A DNA stretch of 63,795 bases, filler included, from Octopus bimaculoides (Eukaryota): assembly GCF_001194135.2 (NCBI RefSeq). It is 7 parts of 7 records of this genome, joined end to end, with 100 filler letters (N's around TTAATTAATTAA, not from the genome) between each part and the next. Parts side by side here need not be neighbours in the genome. Positions count along the whole stretch, not along the records: positions 20,258 to 34,480 come from NC_068981.1; positions 34,581 to 56,371 come from NC_068999.1; 5 more parts are not named here. The stretch is one strand, 5' to 3'. Made by a program: the position numbers and the translations under genes. Under the pieces are notes generated by a model. The model did no database searches and was not told where the DNA came from. It saw only the letters and a program-made list of their open reading frames with translations. Below, piece after piece: positions 27,598-40,250 of this stretch. Position 1 is the first letter of the stretch. Every line of letters begins with the position of its first letter.

Positions 27598-28275
27598 CAA
27601 CATTAGTAGTAGCAGAGATAGCAACAATAACATTAGCAAACAAACATTAGTAGTAGCAAAGATAGCAACAATAACATTAGCAAACAAACATTAGTTGTAG
27701 CAAAGATAGCAACAATAACATTAGCAAACAAACATTAGTAATAGCAAATATAGCAACAATAACATTAGCAAACAAACATTAGCAGTAGCAAAGATAGCAA
27801 CAATAACATTAGCAAACAAACATTAGTAGTAGCAAAGATAGCAACAATAACATTAGCAAACAAACATTAGTTGTAGCAAAGATAGCAACGATAACATTAG
27901 CAAACAAACATTAACATTAGCAAACAAACATTAGTAGTAGCAAAGATAGCAACAATAACATTAGCAAACAAACACTAGTAGTAGCAAAGATAGCAACAAT
28001 AACATTAGTAAACAAACATTAGTAGTAGAAAAGATAGCAACAATAACATTAGCAAACAAACATTAGTAGTAGCAAAGATAGCAACAATAACATTAGCAAA
28101 CAAACATTAGTAGTAGCAAAGATAGCAACAATAACATTAGCAAACAAACATTAGTAGTAGTAGCAAAGATAGCAACAATAACATTAGCAAACAAACATTA
28201 GTAGTAGCAAAGATAGCAACAATAACATTAGCAAACAAACATTAGTAGTAGCAAAAATAGCAACAATAACATTAG
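27598..28275. repeat. 44-bp minisatellite, about 15 copies
   Basis: Unit aacattagcaaacaaacattagtagtagcaaagatagcaacaat. Confidence 0.95.
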
Positions 28276-28533
28276 TCACAACAGTTATAGTTGCAAAAGC
28301 AATGGCAACAACAATAGTGACAACAACAATAGGATAACAGAAGCAGTTATAACAACAACGACAACAAGAGGAACGGCAGCAACAACAACAAAAATTGCAG
28401 GAGGAACATCAGAAGCAATAATAACAGTTACATAACGACAATAGCAACTAGTAGAGCGACAAAAGCGGGAGCTGTAATAGCAACGATAGCAACAACAAAA
28501 GTAAAAAAGAGCATTTGTAAAAGGAAAAACAGC

Positions 28534-28580
<47 letters not shown>

Positions 28581-30519
28581 AACAATAACAATCACAACAA
28601 CAACATTTGTAGCAATAACTATAGCAGTAACACCATTGGCTATAGCAATAACAAAGAGTTTCCCTTCACGATATGTGGCTGAATTATTTTTAGGAAAATA
28701 TTTTACAGCCGAGCTGATCAGTTTAGCCAAATGTTAGTGTTATTATTGTTGGTGATGATGATGGTGGTGGTGGTGGTGGTGGTGGTGATGTTTAACCTCA
28801 GGTCAGTCCTGACCGCGCGGACCTATCTTTAGAGACATTCTTTCAAGCGTAACTCTCTTCTGAGTGTTGTATTCAAACACAGTGTATCCGATGCTTTCTT
28901 CGGTATCTAAGAAGGCAGGACGTGAAATCTAGCTGTTATTTCAGGAAGGTCGAACGACTACGTAGAGGGCCTTGTCTCCTGCTGTTAGCTGTATTAAGAC
29001 TATAGAGAAACAGAAATATGTTGAAATGAACGAACGAATGAACGAGTAATTGAGTGAATTGAAAGTAAAGCAGTAAGGAAGAAAAGAAGGAAGAAAAAAA
29101 GCGTGAAAGACTGATTGACTGAAAGAGAAAAGACAAAGGAAGGGATATGTTGTTAAGAAGATCCTTTTGCAACCAGATAGTTTCGGGTTCAGTCCCACTG
29201 TACAGTACCCTAGGGCAACCGGCCAATGCCATATGAATGAGTTTCATAGACGGAAACTGGTGGAAGCTCATCGTACACGCGGGCGCGCGCACACACACAC
29301 ATTTATTTATTCATTTATTTATTTGTGTCATTGTGTTTAACCAATGTTGGTTTGTTTACGTTCCCGTTATTTAGTGGCTTGGCAAAAAAAGCACAGAATA
29401 CGTGTCAGACTCAAAAGCTAAATACGGGAGTCGATATGTTCGACTAAATCCTACAAGGCAGTGACCCCCTCCCCCCCAAGCAAGGCCACGTTCTAATGAT
29501 AAAATATAAAGGAAAAGCGGGAGAAAGAAAGACGAGAAAGAGAAAGGAAGAAAAGAAGGAAGGATTGTTACGTTGAAAGGATGTCTCTAAAGAAGGGTCT
29601 GCGCGATCAGGACTAATCTGGAGCTAAACATCACCATCAACATCATCATCATCATCAACATCATCATCATCATCATCATCATCAACAGCAGCAGCAGCAC
29701 CACCACCGCCACCACCACCACCAACAACAACGACACTAAACCATTGACTAACTTGATCAGTTCGGCAGCAAAATGTTTTCCTAAAAACATAGAAAGGAAA
29801 GAAAAAGAGAGAATAAGAGAATGATTGACTGGATGAATGACCCCACCCCAAAAGACAAAAACAAAAACAAAACAAAGAAACAAATCAAAAAACAAAGCAA
29901 AAGAAAGGAAGGTGGGGGGAAAAGGGAGAAAGATAAAATGAATGAAAAAAACAAAGATAGAAAAAAAAAGAAAAGGAAAGAATGAAGTTCGCTTAAGTAA
30001 AGGAAAAAGGAATGTGTCTAGCATGATGAAGGTAGAGAGATGCGCTGGAAGGGCCACTCTGATTCACAGGGTCCGCACTTGCGAATAACCATCTCCGCCC
30101 CGATAGCGGTGAGCAGGGATATGGTCCGGGGACCGAAAACTCCGGAGGTCTCCACTGCCTCAGGCTCGACCAGAAACCTGTCAGAGAGCTGTAGTTAGAA
30201 TAACTGGGTTGTGATTAAATACCTGTCTTTTATGTTTTACTTGCTTCAGTCATTAGAGCCACGGCCATGCTGGGGCACCGCCTTGAAGGGTTTAGCTGAA
30301 CAAATCGACCCCAGTAGTTATTTTTCTTTTTAAGGTCAGGTACTTATTCTGTCTGTCTCTATTGTTGAACGGCTAAGTTACGGGAACGTAAGCAAACCGA
30401 GACCAGTTGGTTTGTTTACCTCCCCGCGATTTAGTTATCTAACGTGTGTGAATATGTGGTGGAGCGGACAAACACATGCACACACATAGGACGAGCTTCC
30501 ACATAGTTTCCTATTTCTT

Positions 30520-30745
30520 CATTGCTCACAAGGGACTAAACATAGCGGAGACAAACAAGGACAGACCAAGGGATTAAGCCGATTACATCGACACCAGTTC
30601 GTAACTGGTACTTAATTTATCAACCCCGAAAGGGATGAAAGGCAAAGTCGACCTCGGCGGAACTTGAACTCAGAACGTAACGGCAGATGAAATACCGCTA
30701 AGCATTTCACCCGGTGTGCTAACGTTTGTGCCAGCTCGCTGCCTT
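30520..30745 (-). mobile_element. tRNA-derived SINE, family B
   Basis: Reverse complement of the family B head and body; nearly identical to 46962-47194. Confidence 0.9.
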
Positions 30746-31590
30746 ACTTTCCGTCGACCAAATTCACTCACAAGGCATTAGTCGGCTCAGGATTATAGCA
30801 AAAGTATCTTGCTCAAGGTTCCGCATAGTAGGGGATTGAATCCGAAACCACGCGACCACTAAGCGAGTTTCTTAACCACTTAGCCATGCCTTATAGAAAA
30901 ATATTAGCTTTGTCTTTAATGATAACCACAGGAGCGTTCGAGAAAAACAGCAATATTAGCATCTGTGCTGGTCGGTAGAGGAGCTTCTTGGCAGTGTATT
31001 TACCTGCAGTCAAATCTACCTGAAATCTGAAAAAAAAAAATTTTTTTTTAATGTAGCCTTTGCACCCCACCCCCATCCCCTACACATAGGAAAACGGAGT
31101 GATGGTCTCGATTGGAATACCTTAAGATCATATAACTGCTCAGTCAAGATTGACCTCGGGCTAAACCACTGCCAATAACAACTACAACTAATGTTACCGC
31201 TGCTACGACAACAACTACTATTACTACTACTACTACCACAACCAGCAGCAGCAGCAGCACCACCACCACCACCACCACCACTACTACTACTACTACTACA
31301 ATCTGTAAATTTTGGTTTCACATTCTGGCACAAGGCCAGCAATTTCGAGGGAGCGGGAAGTCGATTACATCGACCTCAGTCATCAACTGATACTTGAATT
31401 ATCGACCCTGAAAGGAGAATCTGAAAGACGGACGCAATGCAGCTAATCATTTCGCCCGAGCGTGCTAACGATTCTGCCAGCTCGCTGCCTTATTGTCTGT
31501 AAATATTAATGGCATTCTCACGTGTGCTCTAGTAATGTATGTTTTACTGATTGTTTTTAAAGGAAGAGATTTGTTTATGTACTTTCTCAT

Positions 31591-31885
31591 AGGCGCAGGC
31601 GTTGGTGTGTTTTAAGATGCTTGCTTCTCAACCAAATGGTTCCGGATTCAGTCCAATTGCGTGGCAGCGTGGGCAAGTGTCTTCTACTATAGCCTCGGGT
31701 CGACCAAAGACTTGTGAGTGGATTTGCTAAACTGAAAGAAAGAAGCCCGTTGTACAGGGTGTCCACAAAGTCTGGGTACATGAAGTAAATAAAATAGCAT
31801 GAACAATTAAATATAAGAAATAATAANNNNNNNNNNTATATATATTATATATATATATTATATATATATAATATATATATATTAC

Positions 31886-31925
<40 letters not shown>

Positions 31926-32160
31926 GTGTGTGCGTGTCTTTGTGTTTCTGTTTGTCCCCCACACCATCGCTTCACAACCGATGTCGGAGTGTTTACGGTA
32001 AGTTGGCGGTTCGGCAAAAGAGGCTGATAGAAAAAGTACTAGCCTTACTAAGAATAAGTCCTGGGGTCGATTTATTCGATTAAAACCTTTTAGGGCGGTG
32101 TTCTAGCGCGGCCACAGTCAACTGAAACAAGTAAAAGAATAGAAGAATAAAAGAAAAATA
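31591..32160 (+). mobile_element. SINE family A interrupted by a Tc1/mariner-type terminus and a gap
   Basis: Family A head at 31591, TA|CAGGGTGTCCACAAAGTCTGGGTACA at 31753, then the family A tail. Confidence 0.8.
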
Positions 32161-32703
32161 AATAGATTACTATTCTTTCTAATTTTGGCACAAGATCAGT
32201 AGTTTTGAGGGGAGGTAGCAAGTCGATAACATCATCTCCAGTACTTGACTGGTACCTTTTTTTATCCACCTCGAAAGGATGAACAGCAAAGTTAACCTCA
32301 GCAGGATTCGAATTCAGAACGTAAAGAGGCGGAAGAAATGACGTTAAACATTTTGTTCGACTCACTAACGACAATATAATTACAGACACATGGCCACAAT
32401 TTTAGAGGGCACAAACTGGACGAGTAGATCGACCCAGTATTTGACTGGTACTTTACCTAATCGATCAAACTATGAGGGAAAGTATAGTTGACCTCAACGG
32501 GATTTGGACCCAAAACATATTGAACCATAATGACTACCATAGGCATTGCGTCCAGCACTTTAACGATTCTGGCTACTCACCACCTTAACAATTTCTTTCA
32601 TAGACACAAGGTTAGAATTTGGTGTGGTGAGGTAGAAAACTCGTTTATATTGCTTCAGTACTTGACTGGTCGTTTATTCTAAAGACTAGATGAATTAAAG
32701 GCA

Positions 32704-32958
32704 GGGGATAGTGGCGAACCCTGCTGTACTCTTCCACCACAACTTTCTCTCACTCTTACTTCCTGTTTCTGTTGTGCCTGTAATTCAAAGGGTCAGCCTT
32801 GTCACACTGAGTCACGCTAAATATCCCCGAGAACTACGTTAAGGGTACACGTGTCTGTGGAGTGCTCAGCCACTTGCACGTTAATTTCACGAGCAGGCTG
32901 TTCCGTTGATCGGATCAACTGGAACCCTCGACGTCGTAAGCGACGGAATGCCAACAAC
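32704..32958 (+). mobile_element. Non-autonomous retroelement with (CAA)n end and TSD, nested in a SINE B
   Basis: Flanked by agatgaattaaaggca (32688-32703) and agatgaatgaaaagca (32959-32974), 14/16 identical. Confidence 0.7.
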
Positions 32959-33171
32959 AGATGAATGAAAAGCAAAGTTTACCCCAACTCAGAACGTAAA
33001 CACCCATAATAATAATTTCCCTAAATCATTCTGTTCGACGATTCTAACGATTTGCAGCATCCATTACGCTAATCAATTCTTTCATGGGCTATAAATTAAG
33101 GATGATCGTGGAGGGAGACAACAGTCAATTATATCAGTTCCAGTTCTTAATTTTATCGACTTCATAAGAAT

Positions 33172-33396
33172 TTAACCCTTTAACATTCAGATTACTCTGT
33201 CAAATTTAATGCTTATTGATAAACAGTGTTTTGGGTTAATCCCGAATTATCTTGTAGCTTAAGGATTTTGATAAGTCATAGCTTTTAGAATGACATTGTA
33301 GAGGGTAAGTGTAAGTGGCAAAGTTTGGTCTGTTTTAGCATAACACAGGTAGGATATCTGGGCCTGATATGGCCATTTTAAATGCTAAAGAGTTAA
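33172..33396. mobile_element. piggyBac-type MITE
   Basis: TTAA|CCCTTTAACATT ... AATGCTAAAGAG|TTAA: TTAA TSD and imperfect TIRs, splitting a SINE B. Confidence 0.85.
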
Positions 33397-33722
33397 GACA
33401 AAGTTGACCTTGTCTCTATTTGAACTCAAAATATAATAAGTTGGAACTAAATACTACAAGACATTTTGTCGGAGACTATACCGACTCTACTAGTCTACCG
33501 CTACAAGGAGTGAAATTTTCGAGAGTAGGGGTTAGTCGATTACATCGCTTCCAGTGCTCAAACAGGTCCTTATTTTATCGGTCCCAAGTGGATAGTCAAG
33601 CTAAGTCTAGTCAAGCGGAATTTGAACTCTGCATACAAAGCCAGAAGAAATGCCGGTGAGCATTTTGTCCGGTATGCTAACGATTCTGCCAGCTCGCCGC
33701 ATTTAGCACTATTTAAATAACA

Positions 33723-33801
33723 GCTTTACTGCCGTATCGCTTTAAATGCATCGATTCTCGTCCGATAACCGAAATTAAGCAACGTCGAGCCTAGTTAGTA
33801 C
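33723..33801 (+). pseudogene. 5S rRNA 5' fragment (about nt 1-78; box C absent)
   Basis: ttctcgtccgataaccgaaattaagcaacgtcgagcctagttagtac closely matches invertebrate 5S TTCTCGTCCGATCACCGAAGTTAAGCAACG..GGTTAGTAC (recalled). Confidence 0.8.
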
Positions 33802-33828
33802 ATATTTGTAAATAATAATAATATTTTT

Positions 33829-34256
33829 TATAAGCTTAAATCTTATAAGCTATCACTGTGCATTGACTAAGTTAAATAGACTAATATCGGGGAATATAAG
33901 CTCTCGACGGTGGGGAGTAGGGTTTGCCGTATGCATGGGACACGAACGCACACCACAATACATGCACGAGAAGTCTGCTACCATTTACACTAACGTAGCC
34001 CAAGCTTCCTTCTGTCAGATTTAAGATCTATAATTTCATAGTGTTGTTTTTTGTAAGCAAACATTCCACATGAGTTTCCTGCGATTATTTGGTAAGCGGC
34101 GATGAATTTTACAATTTGCAAATAATAATAATATTTTTTATAAGCTATAAGCTTAAAGCAAACCCTACTTTTTTCCGCCGAGGGCTTATGTGACCCATTA
34201 TTAGACTATTTCACTTAGTCAATGCACGGTGATCGCTTTTAAGACTTAAGCTTATA
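33829..34256. mobile_element. Element with ~100-bp terminal inverted repeats
   Basis: 33829-33927 and 34158-34256 are reverse complements (cactgtgcattgactaagt / acttagtcaatgcacggtg; agtagggtttgc / gcaaaccctact). Confidence 0.8.
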
Positions 34257-34639
34257 CATATATATCTGTGAGTGTGTGTGTGTGTGTGTGTGTGTGCGTG
34301 TGTGTGTGTATACATATACATATATATACATATACACATATATATATATACATATATATACATATATATACATACATATACATATATACACATACATATA
34401 CATATATATATATATATACATATATAAACATATACATATATATATATTTCTCTTTCTCTTTCCTTTCTCCCCCCCCCCATNNNNNNNNNNNNNNNNNNNN
34501 NNNNNNNNNNNNNNNNNNNNNNNNTTAATTAATTAANNNNNNNNNNNNNNNNNNNNNNNNNNNNNNNNNNNNNNNNNNNNATATATATATAAATAGATAT
34601 ATATATGTATATATATATATGCATATATATATATGAGAT

Positions 34640-34900
34640 AGTGAGTTTGTTTCCTGGACTGGGCTGTGTGTTGTGCTCTTGAGCAAGATACTTTATTTCA
34701 TGTTGCTTCTGTTCCCTCACCCATAGAAATGCGTTCTGATATCACTGGTGCCAAGATGTATCAGCGTTTGCCTTTCCTTTGGATAACATCAGTGGCAGAG
34801 GGAAGGCTGGTATGCATGGGTGACTGCTGGTCTTGCATAAACAACTTTGTAGAACATGTACTTTGGAGTGTAACTTTCTAGGTGCAATGCCATGGTCATT
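34640..34900 (+). mobile_element. SINE family D
   Basis: tgtgttgtgctcttgagcaagatactttatttcatgttgct...; reverse complement of 38525-38840. Confidence 0.8.
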
Positions 34901-34911
34901 CATTTATCCTT

Positions 34912-34986
<75 letters not shown>

Positions 34987-35109
34987 ATATATATATATAA
35001 ATATATATGTGTGTATATATATATATATACATATATAAATAAATAAATATATGCATATATACATACATATATGTACATACCTATATATATATGTGTACAT
35101 ACATGCATA

Positions 35110-35530
35110 TATGGGTAGAGAACATCAAAAAAACGTGGACAAAATAAGAAACGAGAACATTAAAAACAAAACCATAGAAAACAAACTTTTTCTGAACAAC
35201 GAAAAAAACAAACTAACAGAGAAACGAGACATGCAGCATAAAGAACATGTCCTTCATCAGTTGTCACCTGTTTTATCTACTCCGCGTTTCGAAGGTAAGG
35301 GCAAGACGCGACTTCGTTAAAACAGTCCTTCCTGCAAAGCAAATTAAATAAAATTTGGTTATTTTTGTGGAGGGTGAAAAGTGGTGACAAAACCAGAACG
35401 GTGAGAACAAAGCAGTAAAGACAAATGGTGAGAGCTGTGGAGCCAAGACGAGGTGAAGTGGCAGACGCTGGAAAGAACGAGCTTTGAGAAGAGACAGGCA
35501 AAAGCATGTTAATTATGATCTGATACAACA
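35110..35530. repeat. Interspersed repeat, homologous to 45700-45960
   Basis: Shared core ccttcatcagttgt...tatctac...cgtttcga. Confidence 0.55.
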
Positions 35531-36764
35531 TATTCTCTTAGCGGTCCTTCAGTTTTTCTTAGCCCTGTAAAAGAACTTGGAAGGTTGAGCTTCCAGCCAG
35601 GCTTTTCGTGATACCCTTAAACCCAGGAATTTTTCAGCGCTCACTCATATGTAGTCACGAGCAGAGTTAAGACACAGGCACCCACTTGGCTGGCATCTAT
35701 GCTTGACCTAGGAGCTGAAAGGCAGTGGGAGGTGGGGTGGAGCAAGCAGCCAGGTGATCCTCATTTACAGCTGAGTAGACTGGAGTAATGTGAAATGAAG
35801 TGCCTTACTCAAGGACACAATGCATTGCTCAGGCCAGCAACTGAACTCACAACCTTATGAATGTAATATCAACACTCTAACCATTTAATAATGCATCTTT
35901 ACTCCAATAATCACACACATACACAACTGTTACTCATACAGCAACTCTCTAGATATGCACTCTCACTCATATATAACCCTTGCACACGCACACACACACA
36001 TACATATACATATTCATTCACACATGCAAAATCCTCACACATGTATGCATACACATACATAGTACAACATATTTTAGTATAAAGCAATATTGTGTTGTAT
36101 ATGTAGTTTGTATGGAGAAATCGGTGATAAGAGGAAGTACAGATAAAACTGGAATAATCTTTGAGGAATCTTATACACGGAATAGGTGCATGTCTATACA
36201 AAGACACTCACTCACACACACACACACACACAGACATACATACACATACACAAACTTTTACTCATGCAGCACCTCTTCACACACACATATACACAGAAAC
36301 TGTTGCCCAAACACCACCTCTCTCTCTTCATACACACATACAACCTTTTGTTCATAGAACACCTCTCCACACATACACTTACTTATACACAACCCTTATA
36401 AACACATACACACACACATTCATTCATATATAATCCCTACACATACATGAACACACATATCTGCTCACATACACACAATCCCTACTTATGCACACACACA
36501 AACATACGCACACAATCACATACAGAGCTATGTTGACCCAGTTCATAAACTGTAAACTCCCAGCAGTGTAACTGTAAATGTCATACTCTACTTCTATTAC
36601 TGCTATTCCTCGGCCATAAATAAACTCTCTAGTTGACACTTTCACTTCCTTCCACACTTTCATGTTTATCATTTTGACAAAATAATGAATACACTGGCAA
36701 CTATGCTGTTGTTGTTCTGTTGATTAAGTTGTTACACTACGAATTACACTATTAACTACACTGT

Positions 36765-37350
36765 CAATTATACAGTTGTTACACTGTCAATTATACAGTT
36801 GTTATTGTAAATTATACTGTTGCAACACTACCAACTCCTAAATTGTCAAACTGTCAACCACACAGTTGTTACACTGTCACCAGTATTATATTGTACAGTC
36901 GTTACAGTGTAATGCTGTTACACTGTCAAACTGCCAATGGTACAATTGCTACATTGTCAACACCAAAATTGTCAACCTATCAACTACACAGTTATTATAC
37001 CGTCAATTCCATAAATGTCAAACTGTCAACTGCACAGTTATTTCACTGTCAATGCTCATATTGTCAGACTGTCAATGATACAAGTGTTACATTGTCAACT
37101 TCAAAATTGTCAAACTATCAACAATACAGTTATTACACTGTCAACTGCATTGTTACACTACCAACTGCACTGTTGTTACACTCTCATTTACAGTTATTAC
37201 ATTACCACTGCACCATTACTATACTACCAATTGCACAGTTATTTCTCTGTCAACTACACAGGTGTTACATTGTCAGCTACACTGGTTTTACACTACCAGC
37301 TACCCAATTGCTATACTGTCAACTACACCATTGTTACATTGTCAACTATA
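36765..37350. repeat. Degenerate minisatellite (gttacactgtcaactgcaca-like, ~20-nt units)
   Basis: Recurrent actgtcaa and cagttgttac motifs. They account for the repetitive 190-aa ORF. Confidence 0.8.
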
Positions 37351-38524
37351 AAATTTTATACAAGCATACATTTTTAATTGAATTACTTAGGAATAAGTCT
37401 CGGAAATTTATGTAGTTATGAAGTTTAATTTGGCATCTTGTAAAGGCAAAAATAACATTCAGAATTATCATATATCATAAATTCTATGTAACAGTTGCAG
37501 AATTGCTTTTGTACAGAACTGTTAAGTCATGGTTTCTAAGAACAACAACCCGGCAACCTTAAAATAAACATAAAACAAAAGCATAAATATGCAGGAAGGG
37601 TCAAATGAATTTTTAAAACTGCATGTTGTAAATTGCAATTCATAACCGGTTTAATTCGCTTTAGTATTCAAAACATGTTTTAGTTGTACATGTTGATTGT
37701 AGTTGCTATTTTACCCTGCTGGTTTCTATTAAGAAAATGAAACTTAATGCAGTGTTATGGTTAACTTTATATACAAGCCGACATAGTTTTGTTTATCTAA
37801 TTAATTACGTATGTGAAAAATGAAGGCCAAATGTTTATTTATAATTAAGCAAAAGTATATCTGTTCTTTTTGATATTTTTGCAGCATATTATATAATTAT
37901 ATAACCTTTTTTTTTTTTAATATCTTTTCTCAATTTCATATCTAATATATTATACTGGTCTTATTCAAAAGTGTTTGAAATTATAGTAATCTACAAATGA
38001 AACATTTCTGCTCATACTGAACCCTCTCAAGACAATTATAACAATACAGTCATGTATATAATTTCCAATAGTAACTATATACTCTGCAAGATATATAAAT
38101 TCTTGCATCATACTTAAATTCACTAGTCAACTGATTGTTCAACTGAATATTCCTACCCATTCCAGCATGGAGAATGGCCGTTAAATGATGATAATGATGA
38201 TGAATATTCAAATAACTTAAACCATGTTAGTTGTACATTGTAGCAACCCTATGATTAAGATAACATAAGACATTCTCAGTGTGATCATTGTTAGTCTTAT
38301 ATATCAACATTGTATAAGAAAAACAAACTGTACAAGACAAAGGGAGGGACTTATTCAAATATATTAACTAGTACTTTATTTTATCAGCTTTGAAAGGCTG
38401 AAAGGCAAAGTTGGCCAAGGCATTATTAGAAACTCAGTATATAAGGAGCCAGAATAAATACCACAAAACTTTTCGTCTGATGCTTTTATGATTCTGTCAA
38501 CTCATTACCCCAATAAAAATAAAA

Positions 38525-38840
38525 GGGTAAAGATCCCTTTCGGTCATGAATGACCATGGGATTGCACCTAGAAAGCTCACCCCTGAGGCACAAGTCCAGG
38601 CAAGGTTGTTTATGGAAGACCAGCGGTCACTTGTGCATACCAGCTTCCCCTCTCCATGTCACCGATGTTATCCGAGGGAAAGGCAAAAGCTGATACAGCT
38701 TGGCACCAGTGACGTTGCGACTCATTTCTACAGCTGAGTGAACTGGAGCAACATGAAATAAAGTGTCTTACTCAAGAACACAACACAGAGCCCAGTTCAG
38801 GAATTGAACTCACTGCCTCATGATTGTGAGTCATGCGCCT
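38525..38840 (-). mobile_element. SINE family D
   Basis: tRNA-like B box (gagttcaattcc on the minus strand); several copies in the window. Confidence 0.85.
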
Positions 38841-38864
38841 TCACTTACATCAATAATTGTTTAA

Positions 38865-39046
38865 GCACCCACTACACTCTCTGAGTGGTTGGCGTTAGGA
38901 AGGGCATCCAGCTGTAGAAACTCTGCCAAATTAGATTGGAGCCTGGTGTTGCCATCCGGTTTCACCAGTCCTCAGTCAAATCATCCAACCCATGCTAGCA
39001 TGGAAAGCGGACGTTAAACGATGATGATGATGATGATGATGATGAT
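38865..39046 (+). mobile_element. RTE 3'-tail repeat (family C) ending in (GAT)n
   Basis: cacccactacactc...gcggacgttaaacgatgatgat; same tail as the RTE at 50775-52082. Confidence 0.85.
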
Positions 39047-39049
39047 GGC

Positions 39050-39975
39050 CAGTAAATTTGAGAAGTGGGAAACAGTTGATTATACTGATCCCCAACACAA
39101 GACTAGTATTTTATGTTATCTTCTCCAGATGAATGAAAGAGAAGTTGACCTCGGCAAGATTTGAACTTAGTATTTAGAGAGCTGGAACAAATTCTCCAAG
39201 GCATTTTGCTTGAAGCTTTTTCTAATATAGGCACAAAGTCTGAAATTTTGGGTGAGGGGAAACAGTTGATTATATCAACCCCAGTACTTGACTGGTATTT
39301 TACTTTACTAATCTGGGAAAGATGAAAGGCAAAATTGACCTCAACAGGATTTGAACTCAGGATGTATAGCACCACCATAATAACTACTGTAAAGTATTTC
39401 ATCTGATGCTCTGGTGATTCTTCCAATCCCCTGAATTAATAATAAGGTATAAGGTCAGCAATTTTGAGGGGAGGGGGAAAAGTTAGTCAATATCATCGAC
39501 CCCAATACTTGACTGGTACTTCATTTCATCAACTCTAAAAGGATGGAGGGTAAAGTTAACCACAGAGAGGTTTGAACTCTGAATATAAAGAATTTGAACA
39601 AATATCACAAGACATTTTACTGAAGCTCTAATGCAATGTTTCCCAACCTATTTTATCCCCCAGTCCCCACTATAACTGTTCACAAAAATGTATGCCCCCA
39701 CCAGAGGCTGGAAAAAAAAAACAAACAACTCTGCTTTTAATAATTTATCACAATTAAAGGCAGTGAGCTGGCAAATTTTTTTAGCATGTCAGGCAAAATG
39801 CTTAGCAGTATTTTGTCCATCTTTACATTCTGAGTTCAAACCTTGTCAAGGTCAACTTTACCTTTCATCTTTTTGGGGGTCGATAAAATAAGTACCAGTT
39901 ATGCACTGAAGTCAATGTAATTGACTTGTCCCTCCCCCAAACTTTCTGGCCTTGTGCCAAAATTTGTAACCAATA
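39050..39975. mobile_element. Cluster of degenerate family B SINEs
   Basis: Repeated gatgaaaggcaaa..tgacctc..caggatttgaactcag blocks; plus-strand copy at 39757-39970. Confidence 0.75.
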
Positions 39976-40031
39976 CTTTATTTCAATTATTTAATACAAA
40001 AGAATCTACCGGTAACTCTTTTATTAAGTAC

Positions 40032-40250
40032 TCATCATCATCATCGTTTAACGTCCGCTTTCCATGCTGGCATGGGTTGGACGGTTTGACTGAAGACTGG
40101 CGAGCCAGGAGGCTGCACCAGGCTCCAATCTGATCTGGCAAGATTTCTACAGCTGGATGCCCTTCCCAATGCCAACCACTCTGAGAGTGTAATCAGTACT
40201 TTTTGCATGCCACTGGCACGGGGAGCCAGTCAGGGGCCACTGGCATTGAG
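40032..40250 (-). mobile_element. RTE 3'-tail repeat (family C)
   Basis: catcatcatcgtttaacgtccgctttccatgctggcatggg... Confidence 0.85.

Noticed and set aside
27598-28275. Regular repeats as a CRISPR array
   Set aside because: Head-to-tail units with no unique spacers, a eukaryotic context and no cas genes.
30040-30200. GC-rich island with GGTCC/GGACC-GAAA hairpin
   Set aside because: No CUGANGA upstream; probably an unclassified repeat fragment.
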